Virus record (IMG/VR): IMGVR_UViG_3300021139_000089
Location: 1 to 29,666 of that record
Length of the DNA: 29,666 nucleotides
Direction: 5' to 3' (one strand)
Source of the DNA: a virus
Lineage: Duplodnaviria > Caudoviricetes
Below the pieces are notes generated by a model. It had not been told where the DNA came from, did no database searches, and worked only from the letters and a program-made list of their open reading frames with translations. Each line of letters begins with the position of its first letter. Within the stretch, counting starts at the first letter, position 1. A program made the translations under genes and the position numbers. Shown one piece after another: positions 1 through 7,763 of this stretch.

Positions 1-417
1 ACAAACACAACTGTACTTCAAAGACAACTTACTTTCAACCCATAAAACCAAACGATTTAATTCTGCGTCTTTACGGTCAACGGGCATTGCAAAACTGCTG
101 CGGCGCCATTTAATTTCTAGTTCGGTGGAAGACCAAAGACCATCGGGAAGGCCACTGTATTTATCGTGGTCTTCCTTCTCCCATACACCGGCATAACAGT
201 ATGCACCAAGTATTTTGCAAGCGCCAATCTCCGCAGCAGCAGCATGAACATTGGCAAGAACATTGTCTAGCATCAGGCTCTCTGCTTTGTAAGATACCCT
301 GTCTTGCTTTGTAAGGTTTTGATGATTTCTACCAAGACCCACCTGATAGGCGGTACTGTCTTCCCACGGTAATAGAGCCGTGTGCAGCGCCTGGCTCTGC
401 AGTTGAAGAACGTCCAC
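1..417 (-). CDS. Partial CDS (runs off the window start); putative PD-(D/E)xK-fold nuclease-like phage protein
   Basis: Not in the ORF track. Translated by hand from GTG at 417, open for 139 codons to position 1: MDVLQLQSQALHTALLPWED...AAAAEIGACKILG...GLPDGLWSSTELEIKWRR.... The AE...PD...EIK order matches restriction-endonuclease-like motifs. Confidence 0.6.
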   Translation of the reverse strand, partial: MDVLQLQSQALHTALLPWEDSTAYQVGLGRNHQNLTKQDRVSYKAESLMLDNVLANVHAAAAEIGACKILGAYCYAGVWEKEDHDKYSGLPDGLWSSTELEIKWRRSSFAMPVDRKDAELNRLVLWVESKLSLKYSCVC

Positions 418-426
418 TCTGTCGCC

Positions 427-579
427 TTAGCCGCGAATGTCGGTAATGATAATTAGAGCCTCATAATAAGCCTGAGCAAAACCCTTGTCATAGGCTTCAT
501 CTCTTTGCTGAGAAAGCCTCATGTGATGTTCTGCTTGAGTCCTTATCTTGTAATAAGCCTCGTCTAGTTTTTTCCCCAT
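427..579 (-). CDS. Hypothetical protein, 50 aa (MGKKLDEAYY...IITDIRG)
   Basis: ATG at 579 is preceded by SD-like AAAGGAAAACA. The longer 639 start in the ORF track would overlap tRNA-Gln. Confidence 0.7.
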   Translation of the reverse strand: MGKKLDEAYYKIRTQAEHHMRLSQQRDEAYDKGFAQAYYEALIIITDIRG

Positions 580-600
580 TGTTTTCCTTTTTTTATAAAG

Positions 601-672
601 TTCCGAGACTACGGTTCGAACGTAGAATGACAGATTCAAAGTCTGTAGTGTTGCCGGTTACACCATCTCGGA
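601..672 (-). tRNA. tRNA-Gln (anticodon TTG), no encoded CCA
   Basis: The reverse complement folds as a cloverleaf: acceptor TCCGAGA/TCTCGGA, D arm GTGT..GGCAACAC, anticodon stem ACAGA-CTTTGAA-TCTGT, T arm CTACG-TTCGAAC-CGTAG. Confidence 0.95.
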
Positions 673-698
673 TTGTTTTTTTTGTCTTTATATGACAT

Positions 699-774
699 TG
701 GCTCCGGGGGCACGACTTGAACGTGCGACATATCGATTAACAGTCGATTGTTCTGCCAACTGAACTACCCCGGA
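699..774 (-). tRNA. tRNA-Asn (anticodon GTT), CCA encoded
   Basis: Reverse complement: acceptor TCCGGGG/CCCCGGA-G-CCA, D arm GTTC-AGTTGGCA-GAAC, anticodon stem ATCGA-CTGTTAA-TCGAT, T arm GCACG-TTCAAGT-CGTGC; 76 nt. Confidence 0.97.
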
Positions 775-781
775 TTGCAAA

Positions 782-1048
782 TTAGCGCAAACGCTTTTTT
801 GGCTCCGCGGTCTTTTTAACAACTTTTTTTACTTTTGCTGATGTAGTTTTAGGTGTGGGTGTTGAAATTAATGTTGATAACTTTGTGTCAAGAACTTCAA
901 GTTTTGCAAGAACACTATTAACTTCTGCCTCAACGTGTAAAATATAATTCTCAGCCTTGGTTGTGTACTTTCTTAGCACTGCAACTCCGCCACCAGCCGT
1001 ACCGGCCCAAGCAACAGCAATTGAAACAATTGATGATGTATTTGACAT
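782..1048 (-). CDS. Small putative membrane protein (N-terminal hydrophobic helix, coiled coil, Lys-rich tail)
   Basis: Strong SD TAAGGAG before the ATG; hydrophobic IVSIAVAWAGTAGGGVAVL; heptad-like VEAEVNSVLAKLEVLDTKL; basic C-terminus. Confidence 0.8.
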   Translation of the reverse strand: MSNTSSIVSIAVAWAGTAGGGVAVLRKYTTKAENYILHVEAEVNSVLAKLEVLDTKLSTLISTPTPKTTSAKVKKVVKKTAEPKKRLR

Positions 1049-1083
1049 TAATTCTCCTTATGAGTTATTAGAAACGCGCAATA

Positions 1084-1112
1084 AGAGTACCATTCTATTT
1101 GTTTTATGTCAA
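1084..1112 (-). promoter_or_regulatory. Sigma70/SigA-type promoter for the leftward ORF/tRNA unit
   Basis: Minus strand reads TTGACA (1112-1107), 17-nt spacer, TACTCT (1089-1084), with TGn just before the -10. Confidence 0.75.
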
Positions 1113-1218
1113 GGCTTAAATGGTTGATTTTTTTAACTCGTACTGTATTCTTTGATTATGGAGTTTGTTGAAATTGAATCGCGTGGACATGAGGCTCAGC
1201 CAATGCTGACTGAGCGCC

Positions 1219-1247
1219 ACTATCGCAATTTCTGCGTTATCTGTCAA
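1219..1247 (-). promoter_or_regulatory. Second possible leftward promoter
   Basis: Minus strand reads TTGACA (1247-1242), 17 nt, GATAGT (1224-1219) with a TGn extension; the -10 is imperfect. Confidence 0.4.
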
Positions 1248-1269
1248 CACCAGGTAACAATGATAGATA

Positions 1270-1500
1270 ATGGCAAGTGGGTTCACGATGATAGGTGACG
1301 ACGAACTTGAACGCATTAGGGAAATTCTTTCTCGGGCAGACATTATTTATGGCCTAGAGAACATAAACCCAATGCTCCAGGACCTGCTTGACAACATGGC
1401 TATTGACATTGACTGGCTTATTGATAGGCTAGAAACTGCCTGGTCAATGGTGTATGCGTACCAAGAAGAATTGCGCTACTATTATGAGCAGGACCGATGA
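1270..1500 (+). CDS. Hypothetical protein (acidic, helical)
   Basis: First ORF of the rightward gene string. The start could be 1270 or 1288. Confidence 0.7.
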   Translation: MASGFTMIGDDELERIREILSRADIIYGLENINPMLQDLLDNMAIDIDWLIDRLETAWSMVYAYQEELRYYYEQDR

Positions 1501-1515
1501 ACACGAAAGAATACT

Positions 1516-1887
1516 ATGAAAACAGCAAAAAAGAAGCGTTATATTGCGCTTGCACACATTGACGAACCAGAATTAACCTACCGCGAGGTAGACATTCCTG
1601 AGATTGTCCCTCTATTTATTAACTTTGACGACGCACGTCATGTAGGCTCAGCCCGCCTTCGCCGCAAGGGTGACAGGGTTTATGCCATTATGGAAATGAA
1701 TTTCAATGCCTCAGAATTTGGCAAAATGCCAGCCGTTGTGCTTGGCGTGGATGGAGCAGAACGCCTTATAGAAGAAGGAATTTGCTATCTTCACGGCGGT
1801 ACTGTTGTTGCTGCATCTATTGTTAGCAACGAGATATGGCAGGAAGTTTACGGTACAGAAATAGAGGCTGTAAGTGAACTTGATTGA
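1516..1887 (+). CDS. Hypothetical protein, possibly a degenerate prohead-protease fold
   Basis: 123-aa ORF in the gene string; VPLFINFD..HVG and VVAASIVS echo protease motifs but lack the catalytic His/Ser. Confidence 0.7.
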   Translation: MKTAKKKRYIALAHIDEPELTYREVDIPEIVPLFINFDDARHVGSARLRRKGDRVYAIMEMNFNASEFGKMPAVVLGVDGAERLIEEGICYLHGGTVVAASIVSNEIWQEVYGTEIEAVSELD

Positions 1888-2095
1888 GTTGATTTTAATT
1901 GGTTACCTTGTAGTAACCGTGGCTATTTTTATACGTTATTTTAAAATTACCCTTAAGGTAAGGGATAACTGGCGTGAGCAAGACATTGATTTTGAGGTAA
2001 GCGATTACGTCAGTCGTATGGTTGGTGACGCTGTTATGTGGCCATTTTACATTATATGGTTTGGCCTTAAAGAATTTATAAAGGAACTTAAGTAA
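1874..2095 (+). CDS. Small membrane protein (two hydrophobic segments)
   Basis: LILIGYLVVTVAIFI and AVMWPFYIIWFGL; overlaps the upstream gene and is TAATG-coupled to the next. Confidence 0.75.
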   Translation: MNLIELILIGYLVVTVAIFIRYFKITLKVRDNWREQDIDFEVSDYVSRMVGDAVMWPFYIIWFGLKEFIKELK

Positions 2096-2445
2096 TGTCC
2101 TGGGAACCAAAATTTTCCATTCCAATGCCTCGCGTAAACCCTATTGTCACGGAATGCCCTAAATGTGGAACGGTATGTGAAGACGATTCGGTGTCAGTTT
2201 CTTCGGAGCAGGTCTATGACCCAAAGGACAGAAAATGGACTGAAGTTAAGCGCACTATTCGAGCCACTATAGCAACCACCTACGTAAAACTTCACCCCGG
2301 CGCAAAATGTTTGTGTGGGCGTTCTGACGAGCACCTTCACCGAAAGTGTTTTATTTGTGGATTTTATTGGTCAACAGAAACCGTGTCAGGTTACTTTGAC
2401 AGCAATGCTGCAAAAATTGACAGGGCTATAACGGAAGATGAGTAA
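2095..2445 (+). CDS. Putative zinc-binding protein
   Basis: CPKC, HxxxxCxC and EHLHRKCFICG Cys/His clusters. Confidence 0.75.
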   Translation: MSWEPKFSIPMPRVNPIVTECPKCGTVCEDDSVSVSSEQVYDPKDRKWTEVKRTIRATIATTYVKLHPGAKCLCGRSDEHLHRKCFICGFYWSTETVSGYFDSNAAKIDRAITEDE

Positions 2446-2773
2446 AGCCCGTGCAAAAGGAACCAGTTTCGAGACTGCAATCGTACGTTTCCTTAATGAA
2501 AGTGGTTTTCCTGACGCTGAGCGTTGGGGCAGTAGCGATATGGCACTTGGTGACATTCGAAATACGCCGATGGTCCTTGAAGCAAAAAACCACAAAGCGA
2601 TGGCCTTATCAGAATGGTGCAAACAAGCCGAAGTTTCCGGGAAAAAAGCCAACAAACTTTGGGCAGTAATACATAAGCGTGCTCGTACTGGTACAAACAA
2701 GTCTTACGTTACAATGGAACTTGAGCAATTTGTTGTTTTACTAAAAGCCTATGGTAAATCCTTGACAGAATAG
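2438..2773 (+). CDS. Hjc-like Holliday junction resolvase (PD-(D/E)xK nuclease)
   Basis: KARAKGTSFE, GF.DAER, GDI and VLEAKN motifs typical of phage Hjc-type resolvases. Confidence 0.85.
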   Translation: MSKARAKGTSFETAIVRFLNESGFPDAERWGSSDMALGDIRNTPMVLEAKNHKAMALSEWCKQAEVSGKKANKLWAVIHKRARTGTNKSYVTMELEQFVVLLKAYGKSLTE

Positions 2774-2802
2774 ACTTTCTGTGAGAACATATGTGTAGAT
2801 TG

Positions 2803-2830
2803 GGCGTCCTTTAAGGGCGTCATTTTTTAT
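2803..2830 (+). terminator. Possible intrinsic terminator
   Basis: GGCGTCCT-TTA-AGGGCGTC stem (two G-U pairs) followed by ATTTTTTAT. Confidence 0.45.
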
Positions 2831-2848
2831 ACTTATTGGAGGATTTTT

Positions 2849-3427
2849 GTGGCAAGCAAGTTAAATCGACGTTCTCAGCAAAGGCTGAAGCGCATGGTCG
2901 ATAGCCTTGAGAATATAAACAAGTTTGCCAATAGACTTAAAATAGAAGATTTAGAAGAATTGGTCCGCCGAGACGCAATAAGTGTTGACACCCTATCATC
3001 AGGTAGTTCCGGGGTTGCTATTGCTCGCAGTGGTGGAAATCCTAGTTCTTCTTCGGTGGAGCGAGCGGTAATTGCCAAGATGGAAGGCCGCAAACCGGAC
3101 GACCCAGTTCGCCGTGAGATAAAGAATATTGAACAAAAAATACTTCAATCTGAGGAAAATCTCAGACAAATCATGGAAAGTATTAACTTTCTTAAAGAAG
3201 GCGTTGAGAAAAAACGCAATCGCGTAACTAGCGAACCCTGTGAAATTTGTATGGTTTTACCAGCAACAAAGACTGCCATGTGTGGCACTTGTTACGCAGA
3301 ATGGGTTGCTGAAGGTGCGCCGGACCGTTTCCGATGGAAGGCTTTTAAGAGAGAATTAACGTCATCTGATGGACGCCCTCTGGTCACAGAACAACCTGCT
3401 CCGAGGCACCCGCCTCGAAATGCTTGA
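2849..3427 (+). CDS. Hypothetical protein with coiled coil and C-terminal C4 zinc finger; possible transcription regulator
   Basis: SD GGAGG, GTG start; CEIC-x9-CGTC; lies directly upstream of the packaging genes. Confidence 0.7.
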   Translation: MASKLNRRSQQRLKRMVDSLENINKFANRLKIEDLEELVRRDAISVDTLSSGSSGVAIARSGGNPSSSSVERAVIAKMEGRKPDDPVRREIKNIEQKILQSEENLRQIMESINFLKEGVEKKRNRVTSEPCEICMVLPATKTAMCGTCYAEWVAEGAPDRFRWKAFKRELTSSDGRPLVTEQPAPRHPPRNA

Positions 3428-3451
3428 CAAACGTAAAAAGTAGTGTAATCT
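3424..3451 (+). promoter_or_regulatory. Putative promoter for the packaging module
   Basis: TTGACA (3424-3429), 16 nt, TAATCT (3446-3451). An alternative -10, TAGTGT (3441-3446), would give a leaderless start at ATG 3452. Confidence 0.55.
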
Positions 3452-3652
3452 ATGAGTAAGAATCGCCACAGTTGTTTGCCCAATGAGGAATGCAACTGTA
3501 TACCTAGCGATGCAGAACTTTACCATCTCGGTTTTGAACCGTGGCAAGTATCTATTGTGAGAAAACTTCCGGTAGATTTGCAATGGGAAGCGCATGACGA
3601 ATTCATCCGTAGGCTTATGTCTGACGATGACGTAGATTACCTAAAATTTTAA
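3452..3652 (+). CDS. Hypothetical protein
   Basis: 66-aa ORF filling the gap, with an N-terminal HxC..CxC cluster; no SD, possibly leaderless. Confidence 0.6.
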   Translation: MSKNRHSCLPNEECNCIPSDAELYHLGFEPWQVSIVRKLPVDLQWEAHDEFIRRLMSDDDVDYLKF

Positions 3653-3659
3653 GGAATTC

Positions 3660-3947
3660 GTGATGAACTCAGAAGACGATTTCGAAGACGAAGCGCACGA
3701 ACTATTTTCTAGCCTTGGCAATCTTGTCGGCGTAGGAGAAATAGAAGCGCGTAAAATCATGGGTGACGAACAGTATGAAAAGACTGTTGCACTCATGGAA
3801 GCAAGCAGTGAACTAGGCCTAAGAAAAGATGCTTCTCAAGTTAAATACTTTGAAGCACTTGCCGCAATGCAAACAAGTGTATCAATTTTTATTTTGTTAA
3901 CTTCTGTTTTAAGCATTGCCTGGTCATTTTACTTTTGGTTTAAGTAA
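3660..3947 (+). CDS. Hypothetical protein with C-terminal membrane anchor
   Basis: SD AAGGA; acidic N-terminus; hydrophobic VSIFILLTSVLSIAWSFYFWF; TAATG overlap with terL. Confidence 0.75.
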   Translation: MMNSEDDFEDEAHELFSSLGNLVGVGEIEARKIMGDEQYEKTVALMEASSELGLRKDASQVKYFEALAAMQTSVSIFILLTSVLSIAWSFYFWFK

Positions 3948-5470
3948 TGTCAAACTTTGGTAAATTCATTTCAAATGCTGTTGTACCGGAGACGGTTGAC
4001 GTATTTAAGATTTTGAATTACGAACCACATGACAGACAGAAGGTTTTTCACGCAGCATCCGCTGAACGTATTGATGCAATTCTTTACGGTGGTGCTGCTG
4101 GTGGCGGAAAGACCGCTGCGTTCTTGATGGACGCGCTCTACAACGCCGCCAACTACCCAGGTATGCGCATCGGTTGTTTCCGTCGCTCATATCCCGAGTT
4201 GGAAGAATCATTTCTATCTCAGTTAGCAAAATGGAATTACGGCCGCGACCTCGGCGCAAAGTGGAACAACACAAACAAAATGTTGAAGTTCCCTAACGGT
4301 TCCATTATTAACTTTACATATGCAGAAAACCTTGTTGACGCATCCCGTATTCTAGGTGGTGAGTATCAAGCATTCTACATTGATGAAGCCTCATTAATGG
4401 TGCCTCAGGTTATTCAGCACATTGAAGAGCGTCTTCGTTCGGGTAACAAACTTGTTCCCGTTATTGGACTGCGACTAGCGTCCAACCCTGGTGGCCCAGG
4501 CCACAAGTATCTTAAAGACCGTTTCATTAATCCCACTCAACGTGGTAAGAAAAGGCATCGCGAGGTAACTGAGGGTACAAACTACAGTCGCGAAGTCTGC
4601 TACATTCCGGCCAAAGCAACAGACAACCCTCACGTTAATGAAGGGTATGACGCTGTTCTTAACTCCATTCCAGACCCCCAGCGTCGAGCCGCAATGCGTG
4701 ACGGTGACTGGGACGCAATGGTTGGCCAATTCTTTGAACAATGGCAACATTCAAAACATGTTGTTCGTTCATTTGAAATTCCTAAGGAATGGCCTCGTTA
4801 CGCTGGCATTGACTATGGTTATGCCGCACCATTTGCATGTGTGTGGATTGCTATTGACAATGATGAGCGTATTTGGGTTTACAGAGAGATTTGTGTTTCT
4901 GGAATTCAAGCAGACAATCAAGCAAAACTTATTCTTGATGCCGAGCACTCACATGGTGAGCGCGAAGTAATCCGAGTAGCCGACCCTTCAATGTGGGGCT
5001 CACGCGGAACACCAATGTCTATTGCTGACATTTATGGCATGGAGGGTTGTGGAATTACAAAAGCGGATAACGACCGAATTAACGGTTGGTCACGCGTTCA
5101 TCAATTCCTTAACGACGGACCAGCCTGTGACATTCACAGAGCAGAAGGCATGAAACGATGCCCAATGCTTCATGTCTTTGAAGACAAGTGTCCTCAATTT
5201 ATTGAAACAATCCCGGCTCTTCCTAGAAGCCAGGCAAAACCAGACGATGCGGAAACCCGTAACGTTGAAGACCACATTGCCGATGCATTGCGCTATGTTT
5301 GCATGGCGGCTGGAACGTACGCACGCCCAATTATCTACGACTCGGAGCCAACTTTTAAAACAGGTGTTCCTGACACAATGGTTATTGTCCAAGAAGAAGA
5401 TGCGCCCGCACTCCAGCAACCAAACTTTGGTAGTATGTTTGTGGGAGACCTTGGGCTTAGTCCCTTTTAA
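3947..5470 (+). CDS. terL: Terminase large subunit
   Basis: Walker A GGAAGGGKT, Walker B FYIDE, coupling motif ASNP, RNase H-like nuclease motifs GIDYGY and EDHIADALRY. Confidence 0.97.
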   Translation: MSNFGKFISNAVVPETVDVFKILNYEPHDRQKVFHAASAERIDAILYGGAAGGGKTAAFLMDALYNAANYPGMRIGCFRRSYPELEESFLSQLAKWNYGRDLGAKWNNTNKMLKFPNGSIINFTYAENLVDASRILGGEYQAFYIDEASLMVPQVIQHIEERLRSGNKLVPVIGLRLASNPGGPGHKYLKDRFINPTQRGKKRHREVTEGTNYSREVCYIPAKATDNPHVNEGYDAVLNSIPDPQRRAAMRDGDWDAMVGQFFEQWQHSKHVVRSFEIPKEWPRYAGIDYGYAAPFACVWIAIDNDERIWVYREICVSGIQADNQAKLILDAEHSHGEREVIRVADPSMWGSRGTPMSIADIYGMEGCGITKADNDRINGWSRVHQFLNDGPACDIHRAEGMKRCPMLHVFEDKCPQFIETIPALPRSQAKPDDAETRNVEDHIADALRYVCMAAGTYARPIIYDSEPTFKTGVPDTMVIVQEEDAPALQQPNFGSMFVGDLGLSPF

Positions 5471-5483
5471 CGAAAGATAACCA

Positions 5484-7025
5484 ATGGCTATTAATTCTTT
5501 TAGAAGGGGACTTGAAGAGGCTGGTGCGTTCAACGACGAAATCCTTGAAGCCCGCCCTAAGAGTGGCCCTAAGCGTGCCGGTTATGCAACCGGAGTACCT
5601 ATTGGTGGTTCAACTGAAATGAACCCTGGTGAGAATGTCACCGCCGGTACACTTGACCGACCAACATTCATGCAACAATTGTTGCAAGCATATCTTGCAT
5701 GTCCTTGGTCATCTGCTTCAATTGACACAATTGCTCGCACCGCAACTGCCGGTGGACTGGAAGTTGTTCACAGAGGTGGAATTAATTCACCAGAAACAAC
5801 GCCAAAGACAACTCCTGAAGTTGACAAAATTCAATCACTTCTTGATTACGTAAATCCAAGCGACGATATTCGTCAACTTATGCGCAAAGTTATTACTGAC
5901 CTTCTCATTTTTGGAGACGCATTCATTGAAGTAGTCTGGGCAATGGGAGAGCCAGTCGCTCTATACCCGCTTGACCCAACAACAATGGCTGTTCTTGCAG
6001 ATGAACACGGTGTTCTTAGAGGATATTTCCAAAAAACACCAACAAATCGTGAGGCTCGTTTTAAGCCTAACGAAGTCATTCACATTAAGTTTGACGCACC
6101 TGGCGACACCCTTTACGGTGTAAGCCCAACGCAGAAGAACATTCTGCCTATTACTTCTTGGTTGTTTACCGCAGCACTCATCAAAGAAACGATGAAGCGC
6201 GGTGACCCACTGCGTGCTCACGTTGACTGGCCACTTGCACTTCCTGAATCGGAAATGAAGCGCCTACAACAACAGTACGCAATTCGAAACCTTGGCGCAC
6301 GCAATATCGGTAACCTCTTTGAAACAAAGGGTGGTGCCATTGTGCATGAAATGGGAACAAACCAGATTAATAACTGGCTTAACACCCTTCAACAGCGCCG
6401 CGACGAAATCTTGTCTGGGTATGGTGTACCACCTTCAAAGGTTGGTGTCATCGAAGCCGGTAACCTTGGGGGAGGAACCGGCACCCAGCAAGACAAAACT
6501 TTCCGTGTTAACACGGTTGGACCAATTCAAGAACTTGTTCTTGAAAAGTTTTCATTTGCATTGCTTTACCAAGCATACGGAATTACCGAATGGACTCTTA
6601 AGTTTGGTGTTGTTGACTGGCGAGATGACGAAGTTATTGAATTGATTCGTGACCAACGTATTCGTAACGGTTCATGGACAATTAACCGCGCACGCGCAGA
6701 CATTGGCGAACCACCAATTGAAGGTGGAGATGACCCAATTCTTGTTGACCGTCAGAACATGGTTCTATGGTCAGACCTTAACGCTCTATCTAAGGCCAAC
6801 CTTCAGGTTGTTCAGATGCAAGGTCAAACAATGAATGCCCCAGTTACACCGACCACTAATCCTGGTTCAAAGGTAAGCGGCACTACAACTAGGTCTCCAA
6901 AAGACAAGGCAACAAAAAAGTCCAGTGGACCTAAGAAACCTGGTCAAGTACCAATTCCAATGAAAGCACAAAGTGCTCCAGGTGGAACTGAATCTGTATC
7001 AGAAAATCTAGAGAGTGAAAACTAA
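5484..7025 (+). CDS. Portal protein (HK97-like)
   Basis: Follows terL; motifs GDAFIEV, LYPLDP, EVIHIK, LYGVSP, YGVPPSKVG, WTINRAR...GEPPIEGGD; low-complexity basic C-terminal tail. Confidence 0.93.
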   Translation: MAINSFRRGLEEAGAFNDEILEARPKSGPKRAGYATGVPIGGSTEMNPGENVTAGTLDRPTFMQQLLQAYLACPWSSASIDTIARTATAGGLEVVHRGGINSPETTPKTTPEVDKIQSLLDYVNPSDDIRQLMRKVITDLLIFGDAFIEVVWAMGEPVALYPLDPTTMAVLADEHGVLRGYFQKTPTNREARFKPNEVIHIKFDAPGDTLYGVSPTQKNILPITSWLFTAALIKETMKRGDPLRAHVDWPLALPESEMKRLQQQYAIRNLGARNIGNLFETKGGAIVHEMGTNQINNWLNTLQQRRDEILSGYGVPPSKVGVIEAGNLGGGTGTQQDKTFRVNTVGPIQELVLEKFSFALLYQAYGITEWTLKFGVVDWRDDEVIELIRDQRIRNGSWTINRARADIGEPPIEGGDDPILVDRQNMVLWSDLNALSKANLQVVQMQGQTMNAPVTPTTNPGSKVSGTTTRSPKDKATKKSSGPKKPGQVPIPMKAQSAPGGTESVSENLESEN

Positions 7026-7168
7026 TGGCTGAAGACCCCGATTACGAAAAAGTAGAACCGATTTACATTAATGGTAAAGAATTCTACAACGAGGGTGAAC
7101 CAGTTATCCCTTTTCTTGGACTTACCGCTGCGAAAGCAGCAGCATTGGTTAGCAAAGAAGTAGGCTAA
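7025..7168 (+). CDS. Small hypothetical protein, 47 aa (MAEDPDYEKV...ALVSKEVG)
   Basis: Below the ORF-track cutoff; TAATG-coupled to the portal stop and ends 1 nt before the next ATG, exactly filling the gap. Confidence 0.7.
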   Translation: MAEDPDYEKVEPIYINGKEFYNEGEPVIPFLGLTAAKAAALVSKEVG

Positions 7169-7169
7169 A

Positions 7170-7655
7170 ATGGGAAACTATATGGGTCGTGCTGGTGCTT
7201 ATGCACTGCACAAAAAATATCCAGCAGGTTCCCAAAGCGCAGCACAATTAGCAGCAGAACGTGCAAACCTTGCATTGGCTCGTGCTAAAAAAGGTGAAGT
7301 TCGTCACACGGGTTCTACGCCTTACAAGGGTTTTGTAAAATCAAGTCAAAAAAGCCGCGCTACCGCAGCCGTTGTAAAAATGTACAACATGCGTGAAATA
7401 CAACTTCAAAAGCAACGCACCGTTGGTGTTCGCTACATGTCTTACCATAAAAAGGTTCATCTTAAGAAACCAACTATTACTGGTAAAAACAAAAAATTCA
7501 TTGGAGAAATTTCTCCAGGTCGTTTTTATAAAAGAACTGCATGGGGAAAAGCAACTCATTCTTCTGGTTTTAAAAAGCGTTTAACAAAACGCGCTCACCG
7601 ATTTAAAGGTGTAAAAAAGTGGCGCAGACACGGCCATACTTACACCGCAAGATAA
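7170..7655 (+). CDS. Extremely basic hypothetical protein (possible nucleic-acid-binding/core protein)
   Basis: By hand count about 40 Lys+Arg against 4 Glu and no Asp in 161 aa; located in the head module. Confidence 0.75.
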   Translation: MGNYMGRAGAYALHKKYPAGSQSAAQLAAERANLALARAKKGEVRHTGSTPYKGFVKSSQKSRATAAVVKMYNMREIQLQKQRTVGVRYMSYHKKVHLKKPTITGKNKKFIGEISPGRFYKRTAWGKATHSSGFKKRLTKRAHRFKGVKKWRRHGHTYTAR

Positions 7656-7669
7656 AATCTGTTAAAACA

Positions 7670-7699
7670 TTGACAGATGTGGTTTAATGTAACTATAAG
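7670..7699 (+). promoter_or_regulatory. Possible promoter for the protease/capsid genes
   Basis: TTGACA at 7670-7675 in an AT-rich intergenic gap; best-spaced -10 is the imperfect TATAAG (18-nt spacer); TAATGT at 7685. Confidence 0.4.
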
Positions 7700-7763
7700 A
7701 AATTATATACTTGGCAGCATTGGCGCCGGTTTTATTTCTATCAATATTTAGGAGATTTAGAAA

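Noticed and set aside
580-639. N-terminal extension of ORF 427..639
   Set aside because: It overlaps tRNA-Gln; the ATG at 579 has its own SD.
782-1048. Holin call for the small membrane protein
   Set aside because: Only one weakly hydrophobic helix, no adjacent endolysin in the window, and it is transcribed opposite to the late genes.
1116-1343. 75-aa minus-strand ORF
   Set aside because: It overlaps the + strand gene at 1270 and spans promoter-like elements, with no SD; only its last 24 codons are kept as a speculative peptide.
3947-5470. Intein or intron in terL
   Set aside because: Length is ordinary (507 aa), motifs are contiguous, and no intein splice or homing-endonuclease motifs were seen.
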